From an uncultured archaeon (GTDB taxonomy: Archaea > Iainarchaeota > Iainarchaeia > Iainarchaeales > 0-14-0-20-30-16): a DNA stretch of 32,000 nt. Made by a program: the position numbers and the translations under genes. Positions 1 through 8,440 of this stretch are shown piece after piece. The notes below the pieces were generated by a model. The model saw only the letters and a program-made list of their open reading frames with translations, made no database searches and was not told where the DNA came from. The stretch lies in NCBI GenBank assembly GCA_964480435.1, contig CAYZSS010000004.1:13839-45838 (forward strand), in the 5' to 3' direction. The first letter of the stretch is position 1. Each line of letters begins with the position of its first letter.

Positions 1-4
1 ATAC

Positions 5-343
5 ATGAAAAGAAAACTAAATGCTTTGCCATTGTCATTAAGAGAAAGAAAAAGATATCTTCTGTTTTCAATGAATACAGTTACTGATTTTGAAAAAATT
101 ATTAATACTTATTTGCGTTCATTTTTTGGGACTTATTTTTTAGCTCAGATGGAATTAAAAATAATAAAATCTTTTTTAAAAAAAGATCAAACTTTGTTTA
201 TTTTAAAGACATCAAGAGGAGAACATGAAAAAGTAATTGCTGCTTTGGAATTGTTTAAAGAATCAGAAGGAAAGTATTTGAATTTAAAACTAGAAAAAGT
301 AAGTGGCACAATAAAAACCTTGAAGGATTTCTTAGAAAAATGA
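5..343 (+). CDS. rnp2: RNase P protein component 2 (Pop5/Rpp14 family)
   Basis: 112-aa ORF. The N-terminal 'LPLSLRERKRYLLF' matches the archaeal Pop5 signature (LPPxLRxxxRY[IL]). Size is typical for the family and the gene context is archaeal. Confidence 0.75.
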   Translation: MKRKLNALPLSLRERKRYLLFSMNTVTDFEKIINTYLRSFFGTYFLAQMELKIIKSFLKKDQTLFILKTSRGEHEKVIAALELFKESEGKYLNLKLEKVSGTIKTLKDFLEK

Positions 344-352
344 GGAACTAGT

Positions 353-1276
353 ATGTTAAGAAAAGGCCCTGCAGGAAAACCAAGAAAAAAAGATGTGCAT
401 TTTGTTTTTAAAGCGCACGCCCCTGGAGAAGTTTATGAAACAAGGATTCCAGATGCAAAAACTTATATAGTTGAAGAAGTAAGGGGGGAAATTCGTCCGC
501 GTACTGAAAAAGATATAAGCAAGTCTGCACCTGCCGAAGTATTTGGACGTACAAGACGTGAATTTTTGCTTGGCTTGGTTCGTAGCGGAAAAATAGTAAA
601 AGTTGGAGAAACTTTTAAACTAAGGGAAATGCCAAAATATAGACTGCTTGCTTGGAAGGTAAGAAAAGCAGAGGAAAAGTTAGGTGCAGAACCAAGTTTA
701 AATTATGTTAAAAACTTTTTTGTTTCTGAGGCTAATTTTATCCGAGAAAGGCACCGTTTAATACGAAAGACAATTAAAGAATCTTTAAAAAATGGCGGTG
801 TAGATGCACAGTATGGTACATTTCATTCTTTATTGTCTCGTGAATTAAAAAGGGAAGGCATTAATAGTAGTAGAGATATAGCCCCAGTAGTTTTTGATTT
901 GGACGGGTTTGTGTTAAGAAAGCTTTTGGCTGGGGCAATACCAACAGATTTAGAATATAAAAAAGGATATATCTCTCGATTATGTGCGACCCTTAACATT
1001 CTTGAGGCAATTCTAGGAAAACATGACAGTATGGTTACTGATGCAGACAATCGAGTTTTTATGTTAGTACAAACAACTATGCTAAATAGATGTAGCGAAG
1101 AACAAATAAATAATTTGCTGAACTTAAGATTGCCAAGAGAAATTCATGAAGAACTTTGTAGAATAAATGGCTTGCCTCCAAATCCAACAAGAGCAGAATT
1201 AGAAGCATTTCTAAATAAGTATTCTGAGCATTGGAGAAGATTACAAAGAGCAGAAGAAAGAAATAGAACAAAGTAG
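353..1276 (+). CDS. hypothetical basic protein, no family recognised
   Basis: 307-aa ORF starting 9 nt after the rnp2 stop, with GAGGA 6 nt upstream of the ATG. No motif recognised. About a third of Arg codons are CGN, unlike neighbouring genes. Confidence 0.6.
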   Translation: MLRKGPAGKPRKKDVHFVFKAHAPGEVYETRIPDAKTYIVEEVRGEIRPRTEKDISKSAPAEVFGRTRREFLLGLVRSGKIVKVGETFKLREMPKYRLLAWKVRKAEEKLGAEPSLNYVKNFFVSEANFIRERHRLIRKTIKESLKNGGVDAQYGTFHSLLSRELKREGINSSRDIAPVVFDLDGFVLRKLLAGAIPTDLEYKKGYISRLCATLNILEAILGKHDSMVTDADNRVFMLVQTTMLNRCSEEQINNLLNLRLPREIHEELCRINGLPPNPTRAELEAFLNKYSEHWRRLQRAEERNRTK

Positions 1277-1279
1277 TAA

Positions 1280-1287
1280 TTATATTA
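1280..1287 (+). promoter_or_regulatory. candidate TATA box for the patatin/archaeosortase-like operon
   Basis: TTATATTA is centred about 27-30 nt upstream of TTG 1310 / ATG 1313, which implies a leaderless or near-leaderless transcript. Such octamers can occur by chance in AT-rich DNA. Confidence 0.3.
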
Positions 1288-1312
1288 TTTATTATTTATT
1301 TTTTTTGAGTTG

Positions 1313-2113
1313 ATGTTTATGGTTAAAAGAAAGAAGTTAGGTTTGGCTCTTGGTGGAGGGGCAGCAAAAGGTTTTGCACATATTGGTGTTTTCTCTGTAT
1401 TTGAGGAGGAAGGAATACCAATTGATTATATTTGTGGCTCAAGTATAGGTGCTTTAATAGGTGGGCATTATTCTTTACACAAAAATATTGACCTTCTTAA
1501 ATCAGATGCATTTTCATTTCTTAAAGAAAATAATTTGGCTGTTTATGATTTTATAAAACCGGGATATAAAGCGAAGATAAATAATATAGAGCTTTTTATG
1601 GAGTCTGTTTACAAAAGCAAAAGATTTTCTGATACTTTAATACCTTTTTCTTGTACAGCGGTAAATATAGAAAACGGAACTGTTCTTGATATTTCTGAGG
1701 GTCGGTTAATTGATGCTATTTTTGCTAGTATGAGTATTCCCGGGTTATTCCCTCCAAGATTCTTTTGGGGTGCCTGGTTGGTTGATGGTGGGCTATTAAA
1801 TAACCTGCCGGTTGATATTGTTTCAAAGAAAGGGTATGATGTTGTTGTTGGTGTTGATTTAGGGGATATAGATGCATTAAAAAAAATTGAATCAAAACCA
1901 ACAAGAGTTGATTGTTTGAAAAGAGCGGTAGTAATTATGGTTGAGGAAATCACAAGCCGTATAAAAAATTCAGTAGAAGATGCAATAATTATAAATCCAA
2001 AAATAATTGCATCAGGTCTTAAATTTGACTATGCGGCATCAAAAAAACAGATGAAAGAAGGGGAGACCGCCGCAAGAAAAGTAGTTGATGAAATAAAAAA
2101 ACAACTGAAGTGA
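1313..2113 (+). CDS. patatin-like phospholipase (COG1752-type)
   Basis: Oxyanion motif 'GLALGGGAAKG', nucleophile elbow 'GSSIG' (GxSxG) and catalytic Asp motif 'LVDGGLLNNLPV' (DGG). The ORF track starts at TTG 1310; ATG 1313 or 1319 is more likely. Confidence 0.9.
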   Translation: MFMVKRKKLGLALGGGAAKGFAHIGVFSVFEEEGIPIDYICGSSIGALIGGHYSLHKNIDLLKSDAFSFLKENNLAVYDFIKPGYKAKINNIELFMESVYKSKRFSDTLIPFSCTAVNIENGTVLDISEGRLIDAIFASMSIPGLFPPRFFWGAWLVDGGLLNNLPVDIVSKKGYDVVVGVDLGDIDALKKIESKPTRVDCLKRAVVIMVEEITSRIKNSVEDAIIINPKIIASGLKFDYAASKKQMKEGETAARKVVDEIKKQLK

Positions 2114-2117
2114 TTTT

Positions 2118-2654
2118 ATGCAATTCTTTAAGAAAATAAAAAACTTGGCATACAATAAAAAGAAAAATAATTTTGTCTTGACTTTATCTTCTAAACTCAT
2201 TTTTTTCTTGGGTTTGTTCCTAATTTCTTTTGTTCTATTATATGTTTTATTTGTTTATTCTGGACTTTACAATAATCTTTCCGGATTTTTTGCACAAACC
2301 GTTTACAACCATTTTTCTTATAACTCTGATATTACTCTTGCCGGAACAACTATTGATTTTAAGGCTTTTGAAATAAATATTACTTCTGTTTGTTCAGGGG
2401 TTTATGAATTAATTGTATTTCTTGCATTGATTTTTGCCTGCTTTGAAATTAAACTGTGGAAACGTGTGGTAGGGGCATTATTTTATTTTGTTTTCTTTGT
2501 TGTTTTTAATTTTATTAGAATGATAACTGTCATTTATTCTTTTGCATATTTTGATTTATTTTCTGTTGATTTGTTGCACACTCTGTTATTTAAATTTGGT
2601 TTTTTTATTATTACTTTTTTATTCTTTTTATATTTTTTAATTATTGCGGACTAA
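2118..2654 (+). CDS. miniature exosortase/archaeosortase-family protein (polytopic membrane protein)
   Basis: 178 aa and very hydrophobic. It has 'ITSVCSGVYELIVFLAL' (Cys in a CSG context), then 'FNFIRMITV' (NxxR) and 'DLLHTLLFKFG', the order seen in the exosortase/archaeosortase core. The SD GTGAT (2110-2114) contains the patatin TGA stop. Confidence 0.6.
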   Translation: MQFFKKIKNLAYNKKKNNFVLTLSSKLIFFLGLFLISFVLLYVLFVYSGLYNNLSGFFAQTVYNHFSYNSDITLAGTTIDFKAFEINITSVCSGVYELIVFLALIFACFEIKLWKRVVGALFYFVFFVVFNFIRMITVIYSFAYFDLFSVDLLHTLLFKFGFFIITFLFFLYFLIIAD

Positions 2655-3169
2655 AGAAAAAGAAAGGAAATTTGAAATACTGCAATAATTAAAATAATTT
2701 TTAGTAAAGGGTATTTATTGAATATAATTAATATGAAAGTAAATATTTTCAGAGGAATAAATATTACTGTGTTGAGTATGAATAGAGGGACAAGTAATAA
2801 AACATTTTTACTTGAAATGTTTTTGTAGATGCCAATTATTTTTTTATCTACGTTGTCAACATCTTTTCTGCTTGGCACAGAGTGATAAATAATAGTTAAA
2901 GCAAGCCATAAAACTAATCCAAAAACATAAAAAGCGGGCTTTATTTTTAATGTAAAATATATAATTGTTAATGCAATTACATTGCTTAAAATAAAAGGGG
3001 TTAATGCAATAATAATTGTTTTCCAATTGTTTACATCTAAATGTTGTACATATGCTTCTTTTAATCCAAATTTTATCTTTGTAACTTTTACCCCTAGTAG
3101 AACGCAGGCAATAAAATGTGTTAACTCGTGTATTATTACTCCTGGATAAAATAAAAGCTCTAATATCAT
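2651..3169 (-). CDS. membrane-embedded HExxH zinc-metalloprotease-like protein (M50B/DUF3267-like)
   Basis: 172 aa. 'IIHELTHFIACVLLG' (HExxH) lies at the N-terminus and is followed by several TM helices. Its 3' end overlaps the convergent archaeosortase-like gene by 4 nt. Confidence 0.5.
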   Translation of the reverse strand: MILELLFYPGVIIHELTHFIACVLLGVKVTKIKFGLKEAYVQHLDVNNWKTIIIALTPFILSNVIALTIIYFTLKIKPAFYVFGLVLWLALTIIYHSVPSRKDVDNVDKKIIGIYKNISSKNVLLLVPLFILNTVIFIPLKIFTFILIIFNKYPLLKIILIIAVFQISFLFL

Positions 3170-3198
3170 TTTAATTCTCTTTTTAATTTAAAATTATT

Positions 3199-3843
3199 CT
3201 ATAAATATCTTTTTCTTTTTTCAATTTCGTCCAATTTTTCTGCAATTTTCTCTTTGGTGTTTTCTAAATAACCTGTAAAAATGTATTCCCAGGTTTTTTC
3301 AGAAAAGTCTGCTAATATAGTTCCTTTTAGAACAGCGAGATCTGTTGCAAAATCTTCTAGTTTGTTAGAATTAAAAGAGAGCCCAAAATCAAGGAATATA
3401 GGTCCATTATCATCAAAGCAATTTGCTTTTGGCAAATTGTTTGAGGACCTAACGCAGTTTGTGGAACAAACCGGCGTTTTGTTAAAAAAAATGTTTTGCG
3501 CTGTTAGGTCTCCGTGTATAATTCCTGCTTGATGAAGTTTTGCTATTTCTTTTCCTACTAATAATAACGCATTTTTGTCTTCTGAATGTTCTCTGAGAGG
3601 TTTTCCATCAATTTTTGATAAATAAAGTGTGTAATTTTCTAAATCTTCTTTAATTACTTCTGGGCAGGCAACCCCTGCTTCTTTAACTTTTCGTAAAATT
3701 CGTGCTTCTGATTTGGTTCTTTGTTTTAAAATTAGGGTATTTAATTGTTTATTTCTATATCTTTTTTCTATCCTTTGTTTTATGATGGTTTCATTATCAA
3801 GAAATACTTTTGCTTCTGCTCCCTCATAAATAAGATTAGCCAT
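3199..3843 (-). CDS. bud32: Bud32/PRPK atypical protein kinase (KEOPS subunit)
   Basis: 'LIYEGAEAKVF' Gly-loop-like N-terminus, 'IIHGDLTAQNIFF' catalytic loop, 'LDFGLS' and a short C-terminal lobe. Its 214-aa size is typical of stand-alone archaeal Bud32. Confidence 0.85.
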   Translation of the reverse strand: MANLIYEGAEAKVFLDNETIIKQRIEKRYRNKQLNTLILKQRTKSEARILRKVKEAGVACPEVIKEDLENYTLYLSKIDGKPLREHSEDKNALLLVGKEIAKLHQAGIIHGDLTAQNIFFNKTPVCSTNCVRSSNNLPKANCFDDNGPIFLDFGLSFNSNKLEDFATDLAVLKGTILADFSEKTWEYIFTGYLENTKEKIAEKLDEIEKRKRYL

Positions 3844-3848
3844 ACTAA

Positions 3849-4355
3849 TTAGTCAGGACATAAGATATATAAAAGGTCATTATGTTGAGTAATATCCTTT
3901 TCCATGTTTTCTAATGGTCCAAGCATGTTAGTATAATAATTTCCAAGTTCTTCTTTATTTGCTTCTAGCATTTCTTTTATCGATTTTAGCTTTAATTTCC
4001 CTTTGTTGGTGGCTGTTTTTAGGGCGGTTGCCTCTCCCGAGTCACAATCAATACTAATTAGGTTAGGGGTTTCTGATATGAAAATTACTGTGTTTTTGTT
4101 TGCAAGGTATGTTTCCCAGTAATCTGCTTCAATTTGTATTGCTGTTTTTATAATTCCGCTTTTTGAATCTTTTTCACTTAAAAGATATGTCTGATATTCA
4201 GTTAATTGTGTATCATTGGCATAGTCAGTGATGTTAAATTTTGCTCGTGATTTATCTATAAAGTAGTTAGGATCGCTCTGAAAGCTAGCATAATAAAAGT
4301 ATCCTGCTACTACAATTGCAATGAAAATAATCAATATTAAAAGTTTTTTACCCAT
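3849..4355 (-). CDS. hypothetical N-terminally membrane-anchored protein
   Basis: 168-aa ORF with the N-terminal TM 'LLILIIFIAIVVAGYFYYA'. It lies 5 nt upstream of bud32 on the same strand. No family recognised. Confidence 0.55.
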   Translation of the reverse strand: MGKKLLILIIFIAIVVAGYFYYASFQSDPNYFIDKSRAKFNITDYANDTQLTEYQTYLLSEKDSKSGIIKTAIQIEADYWETYLANKNTVIFISETPNLISIDCDSGEATALKTATNKGKLKLKSIKEMLEANKEELGNYYTNMLGPLENMEKDITQHNDLLYILCPD

Positions 4356-4468
4356 TTAGACCACTAAAAATATACTATGGTATAATATATAAACATTGCG
4401 ATATAATATAATAAAAGACTCTAATTTTTTTAGAATCAATATTTTCACATAGGAGGATGGTGAGAGTC

Positions 4469-4924
4469 ATGGCGCGAATGCATTCAGGATCAAAAGGCAA
4501 ATCGGGCTCAACCAAACCTGACGGTAAAGTTAAAGCTGATTGGGTAAAGTTAAAGCCTAAAGAAATAGAAGAAATCATAGTAAATTATGCAAAAGATGGG
4601 TTGTCCCCTTCAGTAATAGGAATAAAAATGAGGGATCAGCATGGTATTCCATCAGTTAGCGATATAGCTGGGAAGACAGTAACTCAAATTTTAGATATTC
4701 ATAAACTAAGACCTGTATTACCTGAAGATCTAGGAAATTTAATACGATCCGCAGTAATTTTACTAAAACATATTAAAAATAATAAAAAAGATATGACTGC
4801 TAAAAGAGGTTATCAATTAACAGTTTCAAAAATAAGAAGACTAGCTATTTATTATAAAAATGAGGGCTTGTTGCCAAAGGACTGGAAATACACCGCAGAA
4901 AAGGCAGCATTGTTGGTTAGGTGA
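4469..4924 (+). CDS. rps15: 30S ribosomal protein S15 (uS15, S13e-type)
   Basis: 'MARMHSGSKGKSGSTKP' is the canonical archaeal S15 N-terminus. AGGAGG at 4451-4456 lies 12 nt upstream of ATG 4469, whereas the ORF-track start 4457 abuts the SD and is unlikely. Confidence 0.9.
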   Translation: MARMHSGSKGKSGSTKPDGKVKADWVKLKPKEIEEIIVNYAKDGLSPSVIGIKMRDQHGIPSVSDIAGKTVTQILDIHKLRPVLPEDLGNLIRSAVILLKHIKNNKKDMTAKRGYQLTVSKIRRLAIYYKNEGLLPKDWKYTAEKAALLVR

Positions 4925-4929
4925 TAATT

Positions 4930-5514
4930 ATGGCTGGAAAACAAAGAGCAGTAGTTGATAAATGGAAAAAAAAGAAAGAGTACTCTATTATCGCCCCAAA
5001 ACTTATTGGGAGCGTAGAAATGGGCCAAACTGTGGCTGATAAAGATGAAAAAGTAATTGGTAGAGTAACTAAAGTAAATTTAGGACAAATTACAAATCAG
5101 TTCCAAAAGAAAAAATATGATTTGTATGTAAGAGTAACTGATGTTCAGGGTTCTAGTGCAAATACAGAATTATTTGCTCTTGAACTAAAAAATAATTTCT
5201 CAAGAAGGTTGGTAGGAAGAAGATGTAATAAACTAGACCTTGTTCAATATCTTGATAGTAAAGATGGCCAAAGAGTAAAAGTAAAGGCTCTTTGTGTTAC
5301 AAAAAGAAAAATAGAAAAAATAAAGGAAAAAGATATTGGAAGAGAGATGAGAAAACAAATTGGGCTGTTAGTTGCAAAAAACAGTTTTGACGACTTCTTT
5401 GATTTAGTAGTAAATAAAGATATAGAAAGAGAACTGTCTGCAAAAGTAAGAAATATTGCTGAACTGAGAGGTTGCGCAATAGTTCTTATAAAGAAAATAA
5501 CAAAAAGGAAGTAA
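4930..5514 (+). CDS. rps3ae: 30S ribosomal protein S3Ae (eS1)
   Basis: 'VVDKWKKKKEYSIIAPKLIG' is the S3Ae signature. The SD GGTGAT (4920-4925) contains the rps15 TGA stop, with a 4-nt spacer before ATG 4930. Confidence 0.9.
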   Translation: MAGKQRAVVDKWKKKKEYSIIAPKLIGSVEMGQTVADKDEKVIGRVTKVNLGQITNQFQKKKYDLYVRVTDVQGSSANTELFALELKNNFSRRLVGRRCNKLDLVQYLDSKDGQRVKVKALCVTKRKIEKIKEKDIGREMRKQIGLLVAKNSFDDFFDLVVNKDIERELSAKVRNIAELRGCAIVLIKKITKRK

Positions 5515-5551
5515 ATCTCCTTTTTTCATTTTTATTTTTCGGGGTGTTTTT

Positions 5552-5818
5552 ATGGTCCAAGAAGTTGGTGAAATTTTAGAAATTTTGACTCTTTTACTTT
5601 CTGATTATGCTGTGCCAAGAAACATAAAGGCGGTCCTTGAAGACACAAAAAAAATAGTCACGGAAAAAGAAAATGATGTGGTTGCTTTATCTGATGTGGT
5701 TTACAAATTGCAAGATATTTGTGATGATATTAACTTACCTATTTCTGTTAAACCTGATCTTTGGATGCTTTTAAGTAAATTGGAAGGCTTAAAAGAAGAT
5801 AAGAAAAAGAAGAAGTAA
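5552..5818 (+). CDS. UPF0147 family small helical protein
   Basis: 88 aa. 'D..VPRNIK' followed by 'DDINLPISVKPDLWMLLSKLEGL' matches the archaeal UPF0147 pattern (D..vPRNiR ... DpNmP...R..iW...s.LE). Confidence 0.65.
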   Translation: MVQEVGEILEILTLLLSDYAVPRNIKAVLEDTKKIVTEKENDVVALSDVVYKLQDICDDINLPISVKPDLWMLLSKLEGLKEDKKKKK

Positions 5819-5875
5819 AAAATCTAAATTTATTTTTTTATTATTAATTTAAATCTTATTTTTACTTTGTAAATA
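5819..5875. terminator. convergent termination zone with oligo-T tracts on both strands
   Basis: A T7 run at 5833-5839 on the + strand follows UPF0147. An A5 run around 5817-5821 gives a T-run on the - strand after the permease gene. Archaeal termination uses oligo-T signals. Confidence 0.3.
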
Positions 5876-7150
5876 CTATTCATACCTTAATGCTTCTACT
5901 GGTTTAAGTTTAGATGCTGATATTGCTGGTAAAAGGCCTGCAATAATACCTATTAAAGTAGAAATAATTATTGCATAAATAATTAAGTCTAAACTTACTG
6001 TACCACTAAATGTCATTCTGCCTAGGTTGATATATCCTGCCATTAAACTAGATACCATCCAACCCAATATAATTCCAATAAAGCCCCCCAGGAGCCCAAA
6101 TAATCCTGACTCTAGTAAAAATAGTTTTATTATTTCAAAATTTGTTGCCCCCAGTGCTTTTAGTATCCCTATTTCTTTTGTTTTTTCTAAAACTGAAGTG
6201 AACATGCTGTTCGCTACTCCGATGGCTCCAACAATTAAAGATATAAGTGCGATACCTCCTAAAAATAAACTAAGGGTATCTGTCATAGTACTAATTCTTT
6301 CTTGCATTGCCTTTGTAGAACTAATTGAAAAATCATATTCTTTCTTTCCATACACTCCTCTGCTTATTGCAAGTGATTTTGTTAAGGTTGTTATTATTGA
6401 ATCAATAATATCTGCATCTGAAACTTGTGCTAATATTCTTGCATATTCATTTTTATTTGTCTCTGTACTTATTAACCAAAATCCACTGTTTGTGGCATAC
6501 ACAGCATTAGATTTTGTTCCATCATCAGTAGTTATTCCTACTACATTAAAAATGCTTTCTTCTAGTGTTATTTGTTGTCCTATTGTGATAGGTTTTTTGA
6601 AAGTATTATTTGCTAAGTTATAAGAAATAATTATATTTTTTGTATCTGTGTTTGTTAAAAATCTGCCTTGGTCTAAGGCTACATCATAAAGCATAGAAAA
6701 ATATTGCGGGTCTACTCCAGTAACAGATACTGTTAGTTTTTCTGAACCACTTTGCATTTCAAACCTTTCTGAATTTTGACCCGCAGCATATAATATGTCT
6801 GGGTTTCCCCTGATTATAGTTAGATCTTTATTTGTGAGGATTGGGTCTTCTTCGTCATCAGCTAATACTTTACTACTCCCTATGTCCATTTCTCCTCCTG
6901 GACCTTCTGGTTTACCAGTGCCCATAAAATCTGCTTTGGAAAATCCGGGTGAGAGGGTAATTATGTCCGCTCCAAATTTTGACATTTGCATATTCATGCT
7001 TTCTGTTGCATTTTGACTAATAGATACAATAGCAATTACTGCTGCAACCCCAATAACAATTCCTAAAAGGGTAAGCCAGGATCGCAGCTTTCGATTTGTT
7101 ATGTTATTCCATGCTAATTTTATTATATCTATTAATCTCATAAGTGTCAC
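5876..7150 (-). CDS. ABC transporter permease, MacB/FtsX type
   Basis: 424 aa. N-terminal 'NRKLRSWLTLLGIVIGVAAVIAIVSI' TM1, a roughly 250-aa extracytoplasmic domain, and a C-terminal FtsX-type three-TM bundle ('EIGILKALGATNFEII'). GTG start at 7150, with an alternative ATG at 7141. Confidence 0.9.
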   Translation of the reverse strand: MTLMRLIDIIKLAWNNITNRKLRSWLTLLGIVIGVAAVIAIVSISQNATESMNMQMSKFGADIITLSPGFSKADFMGTGKPEGPGGEMDIGSSKVLADDEEDPILTNKDLTIIRGNPDILYAAGQNSERFEMQSGSEKLTVSVTGVDPQYFSMLYDVALDQGRFLTNTDTKNIIISYNLANNTFKKPITIGQQITLEESIFNVVGITTDDGTKSNAVYATNSGFWLISTETNKNEYARILAQVSDADIIDSIITTLTKSLAISRGVYGKKEYDFSISSTKAMQERISTMTDTLSLFLGGIALISLIVGAIGVANSMFTSVLEKTKEIGILKALGATNFEIIKLFLLESGLFGLLGGFIGIILGWMVSSLMAGYINLGRMTFSGTVSLDLIIYAIIISTLIGIIAGLLPAISASKLKPVEALRYE

Positions 7151-7154
7151 TTAC

Positions 7155-8438
7155 CTAATTTTTATTTTTCATTTTTTTGTATTTTTTGAATCCAAAATAT
7201 GCACCAACAAGCGCTGCTAAAATTATGATGTACCAATAGATCGATAGTCCACTGTTTTTTGTTGTAGCCATTGCACCAAATTTTGTGGCCGTGCTTTTTG
7301 CATCAGAAAGTAAAGTTACCTCTTTTGTAATTATTTGTCTTTTTCCAGTAGTATCTGTGTAATGTATTTCAATAGTAATTGCGTCACTTATTGTGTTGTG
7401 AGGAGCATTAATATCTAAAGGAATTTGCATTTTATCAGTTGGTGTTTTTCCCGTAGTAGTTGGTTTTTGAAAATTCATATCTACCGACATAGTTTCAAAG
7501 CTCGCAATTGTAAAGTCTCCTTTTTCAATTGTGCCTAATATTGCTGAGTCTGCTCCTGCTGTTTTTATGTTTTGTTGTTTAGGTATTTTTATTATTGTTG
7601 ATTGTGCATCATTCATACCAATATTTGCAATACTTAAAGTAATCTGGGTGCTTGATGCTTTTTCAGCACTTATATCAAAATCGGTTTCTCCTCCAACAAT
7701 AACTCCGACAGTTGATTGTTCACTGCTTGTTCCTGCGCTATCCTGAAAGCTTATTGTTATATCTAATGGGTAAACACCTGGAACAATATCTTTGTCCGTT
7801 GCAATTGGAAAAGTAATGACTGTTGTTTTATCTTGATCAATGAAGTCTATGTGTTTTGTGTTATTTGTCCCTAAAGGTAAAATTAAATTGCTTGATTCAG
7901 CCCAATTTAAATCAATGTTTGATACTTTTTGACCACTAATGTTGGTAATTGCAAAGTTTAAATCAGTAATGCTTCCGGGGTTAATTATATTTGGAAAAAC
8001 TTCTAAATCAAAATTTGTGTTTTTGCTTGAAACTGTAATAGTTATATTTTGTTGCTCTGAAACTATTTCGCCATCTCTTTCATAATTTATATTTAAAAAA
8101 ACTGGGTAATATCCTTCTAATGTTGTGTCCTTTGCTTTAATTTTAAATGCAAGAGTTTGTTCAGCATTTGGGCTAAGAGAAGCTAGTGTATCCTCAATAT
8201 CCAATGGTTCAAAATTTGTACCTGCATCTAAGGTTGCTTTTAAATTAGTAATGTAAAAAATTGACCCTGCGTCTTTTACTGTAACTCCTATATTAACAAT
8301 ATCACCTGGCGCAATAGTTGCAGGTAGTATGTTTGTGCCCGTAATTTCTAATAAGTAATATGGCTCTGAAACTGCAAATCCATAACTTGAAATTACAACT
8401 GTTATTAACAATAATAAAAATATATTTTTGAAATTCAT
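7155..8438 (-). CDS. secreted CARDB/COG1361-like beta-sandwich repeat surface protein with C-terminal TM anchor
   Basis: 427 aa with an N-terminal signal-like helix. Repeated 'PGD/PGS ... (V/I)x(V/I)xNxG' modules are present. The C-terminus is 'LSIYWYIIILAALVGAYFGF' followed by 'KKYKKMKNKN'. AGGAGG SD lies inside the 3' end of the ATPase gene. Confidence 0.7.
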   Translation of the reverse strand: MNFKNIFLLLLITVVISSYGFAVSEPYYLLEITGTNILPATIAPGDIVNIGVTVKDAGSIFYITNLKATLDAGTNFEPLDIEDTLASLSPNAEQTLAFKIKAKDTTLEGYYPVFLNINYERDGEIVSEQQNITITVSSKNTNFDLEVFPNIINPGSITDLNFAITNISGQKVSNIDLNWAESSNLILPLGTNNTKHIDFIDQDKTTVITFPIATDKDIVPGVYPLDITISFQDSAGTSSEQSTVGVIVGGETDFDISAEKASSTQITLSIANIGMNDAQSTIIKIPKQQNIKTAGADSAILGTIEKGDFTIASFETMSVDMNFQKPTTTGKTPTDKMQIPLDINAPHNTISDAITIEIHYTDTTGKRQIITKEVTLLSDAKSTATKFGAMATTKNSGLSIYWYIIILAALVGAYFGFKKYKKMKNKN

Positions 8439-8440
8439 GT

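Noticed and set aside
4375-4578. 67-aa - strand ORF overlapping the rps15 promoter and 5' end
   Set aside because: It overlaps the well-supported rps15 start and has no signals or recognisable features. It is likely spurious.
6027-6623. 198-aa + strand ORF opposite the ABC permease, plus similar shadow ORFs (823..1050, 1609..1953, 3281..3532, 8886..9170, 10817..11086, 25563..25931, 29422..29784, 30058..30390)
   Set aside because: All are fully nested antisense to genes with clear family signatures. Their compositions are odd and they lack initiation signals, so they are typical shadow ORFs.
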